From positions 1 through 16,419 of the forward strand of contig JAYGCN010000188.1 of assembly GCA_046583315.1 (NCBI GenBank): a DNA stretch of 16,419 nucleotides. The letters run 5' to 3'. The notes beneath the pieces are model-generated. The model saw only the letters and a list, made by a program, of their open reading frames with translations. It searched no databases and had not been told where the DNA came from. The DNA comes from Candidatus Hydrogenedentota bacterium (GTDB taxonomy: Bacteria > Hydrogenedentota > Hydrogenedentia > Hydrogenedentales > GCA-2746185). The stretch's first letter is position 1. Each line of letters starts with the position of its first letter. This document shows positions 1-6,801 of this stretch, piece by piece. Both the position numbers and the translations under genes were made by a program.

Positions 1-2
1 AG

Positions 3-758
3 GAAGGCCAGTATCAACTCATCTTTCGCGTGAAAGCGATGAACATCAAACGCAAACAGGCCACCTTCGGCCTGGTCGTCGCCAAGAACAACAAGGAATA
101 CAGCGATGTCGCCAAGAAGGAACATGCGCTGCTGCGTTTGCTGAACGAGCGCGACCCCAAGTGCATCGTTGAACCCCTCAAGGGCGGCATGGTCTTTTTG
201 CCGGATCGTCACAAGCGGAAGGAACATGATCGCGAACTGTACGCCTATTGCACGACTTGGTTGTCCGGATTTCACGAGCTCGGCATTCAGAGGAACAACA
301 ATCTCTACATCAACATCCCCACTCCTGTTCAATTCGACAAAAAACAGACACAAGCCCTCAAGCGTCGCATGGTCGAGATTGTCGTGCGCAGCTACGATCC
401 CACGCGCCGCAACTGCATGGCCATCCCGCAGCTGGCCTCGGGTGATTTCGTGGTTAGCAAAGCGGCGAAGAATGTGAACCCGCAGCTCAAAGTGATTGCG
501 TGTCGGGACATGGAGAATCGTATCTCTCCGGCTCAGCTCATTCATCGCCTCATCGAAGCCGAATGGGAATGGAACAAGAACATATACTTCTTCACACCCG
601 ACGACCCGCGCGAACTCATCCAGGCTCTCACGAACGCGCTGGGCAAAGCTGACGCCATGGACTGGCTATCACAGTACCGCAAGTCCGTTAAGGTCAAGCG
701 TCTGCCGGAAAACGAGCGCTTCAGCCTTTACGAGATGGATCAGCTGAACATTCCCTAG
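3..758 (+). CDS. Hypothetical protein, 5'-truncated by the window edge; possible degenerate protein-kinase-like fold
   Basis: Frame is open from position 3 (EGQYQLIFRV...) to TAG at 756-758, so the GTG at 30 is probably not the real start. Motif order LVVAK...KEHALL...YCTTWLSGFHEL...LASGDFVV...LKVIACRD loosely parallels kinase subdomains. Confidence 0.8.
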   Translation, partial: EGQYQLIFRVKAMNIKRKQATFGLVVAKNNKEYSDVAKKEHALLRLLNERDPKCIVEPLKGGMVFLPDRHKRKEHDRELYAYCTTWLSGFHELGIQRNNNLYINIPTPVQFDKKQTQALKRRMVEIVVRSYDPTRRNCMAIPQLASGDFVVSKAAKNVNPQLKVIACRDMENRISPAQLIHRLIEAEWEWNKNIYFFTPDDPRELIQALTNALGKADAMDWLSQYRKSVKVKRLPENERFSLYEMDQLNIP

Positions 759-767
759 GCGTTTCGG

Positions 768-803
768 TATACTCCCACCATCGACAACGATCCCAGGGAG
801 TAT
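768..803 (+). promoter_or_regulatory. Putative -10 box (TATACT 768-773) and SD (GGGAG 796-800) of the EEP gene, inside an 8-bp inverted repeat
   Basis: ATACTCCC (769-776) is complementary to GGGAGTAT (796-803). Inner hairpin ATCG-ACAA-CGAT at 780-791. Confidence 0.45.
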
Positions 804-807
804 CATC

Positions 808-1662
808 ATGTTCACGAAACGAAGCAACTCAGTATTGGCAATGCTCGTAATGATGAGCGTAATCGCCTCGGCCGCCCCCATCGAGCTCAAGGTCATGAGT
901 TTCAACATTCGCTACGGCACCGCGAACGACGGCGACAACAAGTGGCGTAATCGTCGCGACACGGTTTGCCGAACGATTAAGCTCTATGAACCCGATATCG
1001 TGGGTACGCAGGAGACACTGAAATTTCAGGCGAAGTACATACTCGAACAACTTCCCGAGTACCAATCCTTCGGACTCAGCCGCAAGCCACAGGACGATGG
1101 CGAACGCATGGAGATCTTCTATAAGAAGGGAGTTGTCGCGCCGATTCAGATTGGTCACTTCTGGTTGTCCGAGACACCCAACGTGCCGGGCACGAAATCC
1201 TGGGACTCTTCTTTACCGCGTATGGCCACGTGGGCAAAGTTCTGGCATTTTGAAACCGAGCAATATTTCTATTACTTGAATACCCATTTCGATCACCGCG
1301 GACCAGTCGCGCGCAAAGAGGCTGCACGGATTATCAGCGAGCAATTGGAAACGATTGCTGACAAAAGTCCGGTAATCATTACAGGAGACTTCAACGCGAA
1401 AGGTGACACGGGCGAGCCGTGGAAAGAAATCACCAAAACATTTCAAGATGCATGGCTGACTGCGGAGCAACAACTTGGTCCACCGAACACGTTTGGCGGC
1501 TTTTTGGAACCGGTTGTGGATCGGATTAACCGGATAGACTGGATATTGTATAGAGGACCCATCCGCGTCAAAAAATGCGAAACGGTTTTGTACGAAGAAC
1601 AAGGACGCTACCCCTCCGACCACTATCCGATATTTAGCGAAATGGTGATAAATATCCAATAA
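808..1662 (+). CDS. Secreted endonuclease/exonuclease/phosphatase (EEP) family protein
   Basis: EEP motifs SFNIRY, GTQE, LNTHFDH, ITGDFNA, RIDWIL and YPSDHYP. N-terminal Sec-type signal peptide (MFTKRSNSVLAMLVMMSVIASA|AP). SD GGGAG. Confidence 0.92.
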   Translation: MFTKRSNSVLAMLVMMSVIASAAPIELKVMSFNIRYGTANDGDNKWRNRRDTVCRTIKLYEPDIVGTQETLKFQAKYILEQLPEYQSFGLSRKPQDDGERMEIFYKKGVVAPIQIGHFWLSETPNVPGTKSWDSSLPRMATWAKFWHFETEQYFYYLNTHFDHRGPVARKEAARIISEQLETIADKSPVIITGDFNAKGDTGEPWKEITKTFQDAWLTAEQQLGPPNTFGGFLEPVVDRINRIDWILYRGPIRVKKCETVLYEEQGRYPSDHYPIFSEMVINIQ

Positions 1663-1690
1663 TACCTCAAAAATGGCCTAAAATAACCCG

Positions 1691-1720
1691 AATTTCCATT
1701 ATATTTGCAAATTCCATTAT
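1691..1720. repeat. Direct repeat TTCCATTAT x2 (period 18) around the palindrome ATTTGCAAAT; candidate operator
   Basis: TTCCATTAT at 1694-1702 and 1712-1720; perfect palindrome at 1703-1712; about 30 bp upstream of the -35 at 1751. Confidence 0.45.
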
Positions 1721-1750
1721 TTCGTGATACAGTGTTTTTGCAGGTATAGC

Positions 1751-1779
1751 TTGACTTGACTTTTTTATTCTGGTATAAG
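1751..1779 (+). promoter_or_regulatory. Sigma70-type promoter for the microprotein gene
   Basis: TTGACT (1751-1756), 17-bp spacer, TATAAG (1774-1779) with extended -10 TG at 1771-1772; AT-rich upstream region. Confidence 0.65.
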
Positions 1780-1849
1780 CTGTACCCGTTTGCTACTGGT
1801 AACTCAAAAATCGGTAGCGGCGATATCTTGAAAAAGGAGGTGAACATTA

Positions 1850-1987
1850 ATGAAACTCTGCACACTATGCAATGAGGCCTTTGAACAGGTCGAATTCGAA
1901 TTCGGCGAAGTCGTTGAAGTCGATGGAGAACTTTGGCATCAAGAGTGTTACGCTGAATATTTTGGCGAGACATTGGAAACTGTTTAA
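1850..1987 (+). CDS. 45-aa acidic microprotein with a CxxC-x22-HxxC putative zinc-binding motif (not in the ORF track)
   Basis: SD AAGGAGGT at 1834-1841, 8 nt before ATG 1850; TAA at 1985-1987. Translation: MKLCTLCNEAFEQVEFEFGEVVEVDGELWHQECYAEYFGETLETV. Confidence 0.85.
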   Translation: MKLCTLCNEAFEQVEFEFGEVVEVDGELWHQECYAEYFGETLETV

Positions 1988-2021
1988 TTCGCTCAATCGC
2001 CAAAAATCTGACAATCGAGAT

Positions 2022-2050
2022 GAAAGTGCGGTACCGCAAACCGCCTTTTT
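2022..2050 (+). terminator. Probable intrinsic terminator after the microprotein gene
   Basis: Stem GCGGT (2028-2032) / ACCGC (2040-2044) followed by C-TTTTT (2045-2050); overlaps the perfect palindrome TGCGGTACCGCA (2027-2038). Confidence 0.5.
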
Positions 2051-2120
2051 CCAAAAAAGTCACAGCTAATTAGTTGACACGTCTCGAACCCGCCTCAGAT
2101 TCGATCCACATCTCTCATGA

Positions 2121-2156
2121 AGAAACAACCATCCTGTGATCTAGAGGGTTGTTTCT
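2121..2156. repeat. Perfect 10-bp inverted repeat
   Basis: AGAAACAACC (2121-2130) / GGTTGTTTCT (2147-2156), 16-nt loop. Confidence 0.6.
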
Positions 2157-2265
2157 CAGACCCTCTTCAAGTATACTTTTTCTACAGTTGTACAGAGTTT
2201 ACTTTACTTGGGGAAGGTGGACCAACGCGTCCCGTTGTTACAGTAAGACTCGGGGAGCAGAAAAA

Positions 2266-2298
2266 TTTAGCGGTACAGACTGCGGTCTGCCCGTTAAA
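2266..2298 (+). promoter_or_regulatory. Stem-loop in the accA leader
   Basis: TTTAGCGG-ta-CAGAC-tgcg-GTCTG-c-CCGTTAAA: 13 bp including one G-U pair, ending about 30 nt before the accA start. Confidence 0.45.
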
Positions 2299-2327
2299 CC
2301 ACTTTGGTACAGTAAAGGAATATTGCT

Positions 2328-3317
2328 TTGGCAAATAAAAAGAAAAATGCTCGGGGGCGAGTCGAGACGATTCTTCCATTCGAGAAGGGTATCGCTGAGC
2401 TCGAGGACCGTCTGCACTCATCTGAATCTGAAGAAGAGCGTAAAGGCCTTGAGGCCCAGATCCAGGAAGAGTGTGAAGCGGTCTATCCCAATCTGTCGGC
2501 GTGGGAGCGCGTGCAGTTGGCGCGTCATGCCAGACGCCCGCGCATGCTCGACTACACTGGTCTGATCTTTGACGATATGATAGAACTGCACGGTGATCGT
2601 GTAATGGGCGATGATCTTGCCATGGTTACGGGTATCGCGCAATTCAACGGTGAGACCGTTATGGTCGTCGGCCAACAAAAAGGTGTGTCTACTGAAGAGA
2701 AGATAGAACGCAATTTCGGTATGGCTCAACCTGAGGGCTACCGCAAGGCCATGCGTATGTATGACATGGCGGAACGCTTCAAGTTTCCTATAATCAGTTT
2801 TGTCGATACGCCAGCAGCACATCCTGGCGTCGAAGCTGAACAACATGGTCAAGGTCCGATGATTGCTCAAGCGATTATGCGGAGCCTCACCGTGAACACC
2901 CCTATCTTCGCCGCCGTGATTGGTGAAGGTGGAAGCGGTGGCGCATTGGCGATTGCGGTGGGTGATGTTGTCACCATGTTCGAACATGCTTTCTATGTCA
3001 TTTGTCCGCCGGAGCGCTGTGCGGAAATTCTTTGGCGCGATGTCGAACAAAAAGAGGTGGCATCGGAAGCACTCAAACCGACTTCGCATGATCTCCTCAA
3101 GTTGGGCATAATTGATCGCATCATGCCTGAACCCAACGGCGGTGCGCATCGCAGTCCGAATGCAGCGGCGCAGGTGCTTTCTGAGGAAATTGAACGCTTC
3201 CTTTCAGATTGCAAGAAGGGTATATTCAGCCCCGCCAAACGTCAGGCGAAGTTCCAGAACATGGGTGTCTGGTTCGAGCAACCTGTTGAATCCGCCGAAG
3301 TCTTCGATCAGGGCTAA
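2328..3317 (+). CDS. accA: Acetyl-CoA carboxylase carboxyltransferase subunit alpha
   Basis: Motifs LPFEKGIAEL, WERVQLARH, ELHGDR, RNFGMAQPEGYRKA, FVDTP and IGEGGSGGALA. TTG start with SD AAGGA. Confidence 0.97.
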   Translation: MANKKKNARGRVETILPFEKGIAELEDRLHSSESEEERKGLEAQIQEECEAVYPNLSAWERVQLARHARRPRMLDYTGLIFDDMIELHGDRVMGDDLAMVTGIAQFNGETVMVVGQQKGVSTEEKIERNFGMAQPEGYRKAMRMYDMAERFKFPIISFVDTPAAHPGVEAEQHGQGPMIAQAIMRSLTVNTPIFAAVIGEGGSGGALAIAVGDVVTMFEHAFYVICPPERCAEILWRDVEQKEVASEALKPTSHDLLKLGIIDRIMPEPNGGAHRSPNAAAQVLSEEIERFLSDCKKGIFSPAKRQAKFQNMGVWFEQPVESAEVFDQG

Positions 3318-3591
3318 CGCGGGCAACGTCGAGATTAGCCTGCGCGTTCAACCCAAGTCCTACCGGGATGCCATTATTGTTGAAGCCGAAGGGCGAATTC
3401 GCGTGGCGCTGACCGCGCCACCTGTTGACGGGAAAGCCAATAAAGCATTGATAGCGTTTATGGCGAAATCCTTGGGCGTTCCGAAGAGACGGGTTAAGCT
3501 TATTCGGGGTGCATCCTCCCGCGAAAAGACCATCCGCATTGAAGATATGGATGTCGAAACGGTATTCTCTGTGTTGAGCCGGATAGACTAA
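3286..3591 (+). CDS. DUF167 / YggU (UPF0235) family protein
   Basis: Motifs LRVQPKS, RVALTAPPVDGKANKAL, LGVPKRRVKLIRGASSREK. Likely TTG start at 3286 gives 101 aa and overlaps the accA end; the ORF-track start at 3112 is too long for this family. Confidence 0.88.
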   Translation: MNPPKSSIRANAGNVEISLRVQPKSYRDAIIVEAEGRIRVALTAPPVDGKANKALIAFMAKSLGVPKRRVKLIRGASSREKTIRIEDMDVETVFSVLSRID

Positions 3592-3614
3592 CCAAACAAA
3601 AGGGGAATCCCGCA

Positions 3615-4439
3615 GTGAGCGACCTGAAAAAGCAAATCAAGGAGGCGGCCCGCGCGATACGAGCCATTGACAAGACCAAACCATCGATCGCCGTCATTCT
3701 TGGTACGGGGCTCGGCGCGCTCACCAAGAAAATGAAAATCAAGGCTACCATCAATTATGAGGACATCCCCCACTTCCCCACGTCCACGGTTGATACGCAC
3801 GCCGGTGAGTTACTGACCGGGACGCTGGCCGGAAAACCGATCATCGTACTTTCGGGGCGTTTTCATTATTATGAAGGCTATTCCATGCAGGATGTTACCT
3901 TCCCGGTGCGGGTGGCCAAGGCACTGGGTGTCAAGACGGTTATCGTGTCCAATGCCTGCGGCGGCCTCAATCCTCAGTTCGCTTCCGGCGATATCATGGT
4001 GATTGAAGACCACATCAATTTCATGGGTGATAACCCTCTCATTGGGCCGAACGACGATTCGCTTGGGCCGCGTTTTCCGGATATGTGCGAGCCTTACACG
4101 CAATCACTCATCGCAATCGCTGAAGATGTCTCCTTGAAAGCGAAAATACCTATCAAGAAGGGTGTCTATCTCGCGTGTACGGGCCCTAACCTTGAAACGC
4201 GGGCGGAATACCGTATGATGCGCACGATGGGCGCGGATGTCGTAGGCATGAGCACGGTGCCTGAAGTCATCGTGGCGGTCCACTGCGGCTTGCAAGTTCT
4301 GGGGCTCTCTGTTATCACCGACGTGTGCCTGCCAGACGCGCTTGAACCTGTAAATATAGATAAAATCATTGAAATCGCTAATGAAGCGGAACCGAGGCTG
4401 GCGAAAATAGTTGGTGACTGCATTGAAAAAATACGATAG
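3615..4439 (+). CDS. punA: Purine nucleoside phosphorylase (trimeric, PNP/MTAP family)
   Basis: Motifs ILGTGLG, IPHFPTSTVDTHAG, GRFHYYEGY, SNACGG, DHINF, GPNLETRAE and VGMSTVPE. GTG start. Confidence 0.95.
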   Translation: MSDLKKQIKEAARAIRAIDKTKPSIAVILGTGLGALTKKMKIKATINYEDIPHFPTSTVDTHAGELLTGTLAGKPIIVLSGRFHYYEGYSMQDVTFPVRVAKALGVKTVIVSNACGGLNPQFASGDIMVIEDHINFMGDNPLIGPNDDSLGPRFPDMCEPYTQSLIAIAEDVSLKAKIPIKKGVYLACTGPNLETRAEYRMMRTMGADVVGMSTVPEVIVAVHCGLQVLGLSVITDVCLPDALEPVNIDKIIEIANEAEPRLAKIVGDCIEKIR

Positions 4440-4527
4440 AATACTTCTACGGGATTACGGGCTGGAATTCCCTGATTAAGACCGGGACGGTTACAAGTCG
4501 ACTCCGAATCAAGAGAATGGAGATACT

Positions 4528-5625
4528 ATGGCTCTTAAAATTACGCGCGCTATGTTCGTATTTGCCTGCATCATCATGGGGCTCATTTGGGCTGAATACA
4601 TTGTCGATATAAAGGAAGCTGAGCTTTCCAACCTTCAAATACCCGAATTTTTGTCGTCCAGTACTATCTGGATCTGGAGATTCTTGGGTGCGGCCACCGG
4701 AATTAGTGCGGCGGCCGGGGTATTGTTCTCGCTACGCTACATTACTCAGGAAGTGTTCGAGCGCATCTTCCCTGCCATTATCGCAATTATGCTCGCCATG
4801 ATCATGGGTTTCGGACTCGCGAAATACCTCATCGATATACTTCCAGACGAGGTCATCGTTGAGAACGAAAGCCTGGAAATCTATCTGACATCTACCTTGG
4901 TACTCCTGTTTGGATTTATCGGAATATCCCTTGGGCTGACGCGCGCGTCTAACTGGGAATCCCTCATCAGCGTGATCCAGCAACGCAATGTACTGCTTAA
5001 CAACGGGAAAATTGTTGATACCAGTGCACTCATTGATGGACGTATTCACGAACTCACGAAAACCGGTTTCGTGGAAGGCACATTTATCGTACCCCGATTC
5101 GTGCTTCATGAGCTCCAACACATTGCGGATTCTTCGGATCTTCTGCGTCGTACCAAAGGTCGGCGCGGACTCGATATTCTAAAAGAGATGCAGGAAGATG
5201 ATGCGCGCGTCAAGGTCGAAATAATCGACGACAACCCCGAAGAGTCGACTGAGGTCGATGCAAAATTGCTAATCCTCGCGAAACTATACGCGTCCAAAAT
5301 CGTGACGACCGATTATAACTTGAACAAAGTCGCACAGATTGAAGGCATCGAAGTTTTGAACATTAACGACCTCGCGAATGCGTTGAAACCAGCGGCGCTT
5401 CCCGATGAGAACATGGATGTCAAAATCGTCAAGGAAGGTAAAGAGGCCGGGCAGGGTGTGGGATATCTTGATGACGGCACAATGATCGTTGTTGACGGTG
5501 GACGCGACTTTGTGGGCCGTTCTGTTGCGGTAACCGTAACGAGCGTGCTGCAGACGGCGGCGGGCCGCATGATTTTCACGAAGATGGATAAGGTCATCTC
5601 TGACGAAGCGCGCAGGGTGTTGTAA
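4528..5625 (+). CDS. yacL: Membrane protein with PIN and TRAM domains (YacL family)
   Basis: About four N-terminal hydrophobic segments. PIN motifs VDTSALIDGR, ELQHIADSSD..RGLDIL, EVDAKL, TTDYNLNK. TRAM-like C-terminus GQGVGYLDDGTMIVV..SVLQTAAGRMIF. Directly upstream of ispD-ispF, as in Bacillus. Confidence 0.92.
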   Translation: MALKITRAMFVFACIIMGLIWAEYIVDIKEAELSNLQIPEFLSSSTIWIWRFLGAATGISAAAGVLFSLRYITQEVFERIFPAIIAIMLAMIMGFGLAKYLIDILPDEVIVENESLEIYLTSTLVLLFGFIGISLGLTRASNWESLISVIQQRNVLLNNGKIVDTSALIDGRIHELTKTGFVEGTFIVPRFVLHELQHIADSSDLLRRTKGRRGLDILKEMQEDDARVKVEIIDDNPEESTEVDAKLLILAKLYASKIVTTDYNLNKVAQIEGIEVLNINDLANALKPAALPDENMDVKIVKEGKEAGQGVGYLDDGTMIVVDGGRDFVGRSVAVTVTSVLQTAAGRMIFTKMDKVISDEARRVL

Positions 5626-5635
5626 CCCGCTTCCG

Positions 5636-6325
5636 ATGGACGATTTCCCTCAACTCATTCTCGTCGCGGGTGGACTGGGGACTCGCTTGGGTCAATCGGA
5701 GCCCAAAGCGCTGACGACCCTTGCGGGCAAGGTGCTGTTCATTCGAAGCCTAGACGCGTTTATCGATGCGGCCTTGCTTGATAAGGCCATCGTCGTCTAC
5801 CCGGTCGGTCATGAGTCCGCCTTTCGCTCTACACTTGATGGCGCGTATCCGGACAACACTGTACAACTTGTTCGCGGCGGAATTGAACGTAACGATTCGG
5901 TGCGCAATGGCTTGGCAGCGCTTGACCCGCGCACGACTCTGGTCGTAATTCATGACGCGGCACGCCCGTTTATTCCTGCATCGGTTATCGGACAGGCGCT
6001 CTCTGCTGCCCTGACAGTGGGTGCTGCAACCGTAGCGACTCCTTGCAAAGACACGATTCTGAAATCGACTGCTGAGTACTCATTGGAAGCAACGCCGAAT
6101 CGAAACACGTTGTGGGCGTGTCAGACGCCGCAGATTTTTCAACGTTCTATCATTGACGGGGCATACGCATCCCCGATACCATCGACCATCACGGACGATG
6201 CAACGCTTGTGCAACAAGCCGGGCATGAGGTTCGCATCATTGAAGGACCGGACACCAATATGAAAATTACAACGCCCCAGGATCTCGCTTACGCCGAGTT
6301 TCTGCTCGAAAAAGGTCTGGTATGA
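5636..6325 (+). CDS. ispD: 2-C-methyl-D-erythritol 4-phosphate cytidylyltransferase
   Basis: Motifs AGGLGTRLG..PK, GGIERNDSVRNGL, IHDAARPF, QTPQIF, ITDDA and NMKITTPQDL. Confidence 0.95.
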   Translation: MDDFPQLILVAGGLGTRLGQSEPKALTTLAGKVLFIRSLDAFIDAALLDKAIVVYPVGHESAFRSTLDGAYPDNTVQLVRGGIERNDSVRNGLAALDPRTTLVVIHDAARPFIPASVIGQALSAALTVGAATVATPCKDTILKSTAEYSLEATPNRNTLWACQTPQIFQRSIIDGAYASPIPSTITDDATLVQQAGHEVRIIEGPDTNMKITTPQDLAYAEFLLEKGLV

Positions 6326-6801
6326 TTCGCATTGGCACGGGATATGATCTTCATCGCCTCAAAGAGGGTTTGCCGCTGATTCTCGGTGGCGTGAACATTC
6401 CCCATACGAAAGGCTGCGTTGCACATTCCGATGGCGATGTCTTGGCGCATGCGATCACGGATGCTATTTTGGGTGCGGCAGCGTTGGGCAATATTGGTCT
6501 GTTGTTCCCGGACACCGACCCCGCGTACAAGGATGCGGACAGCCTTGAACTGCTCCGGCAGACGATGAATTTACTTGGCGAGGCTGGATACGCATTGGTA
6601 AATGTGGATTCGACAATCGTTGCGCAACAGCCCAAGCTTAATCCCCACATCGACGCGATTCGCGAATCGCTTGCAGAAGTTCTGCGATTGCCCGTCAATC
6701 GCGTGTCGGTCAAAGCTAAAACGAACGAATCCGTCGGCCCGGAAGGTCGTGAAGAAGCCATCAGTGTCCAGGCCGTAGCACTCATCACGTCCAATGACTA
6801 A
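6322..6801 (+). CDS. ispF: 2-C-methyl-D-erythritol 2,4-cyclodiphosphate synthase
   Basis: Motifs RIGTGYDLHRL, AHSDGDVLAHAITDAILGA, FPDTDP and VSVKAKTNE. ATGA overlap with ispD. Confidence 0.97.
   Translation: MIRIGTGYDLHRLKEGLPLILGGVNIPHTKGCVAHSDGDVLAHAITDAILGAAALGNIGLLFPDTDPAYKDADSLELLRQTMNLLGEAGYALVNVDSTIVAQQPKLNPHIDAIRESLAEVLRLPVNRVSVKAKTNESVGPEGREEAISVQAVALITSND

Noticed and set aside
1623..2069. ORF-track ORFs 1623-2063 (-) and 1872-2069 (+)
   Set aside because: No SD or recognisable motifs. Both overlap the better-supported 1850-1987 microprotein, and the minus-strand ORF also covers its promoter.
2020..2073. 17-aa basic ORF MKVRYRKPPFSKKVTAN, starting like ribosomal protein L36
   Set aside because: No SD, runs through the terminator hairpin, and similarity is limited to four residues.
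2076..2108. tRNA T-loop-like GGGTTCGAGA on the minus strand
   Set aside because: No T-stem pairing, cloverleaf or acceptor stem.
2237..2316. TACAGTA as LexA/SOS half-sites for an operon ending in recN
   Set aside because: No CTGT partner at the CTGT-N8-ACAG spacing and no GAAC-N4-GTTC box.
2117..2565. ORFs 2117-2338 (+), 2149-2565 (+) and 2182-2421 (-)
   Set aside because: No convincing SD or motifs; they overlap accA and a hairpin-rich leader.
3112..3285. Long N-terminal extension of the DUF167 ORF
   Set aside because: Lies inside accA in another frame; the family is about 100 aa, matching a start near 3286.
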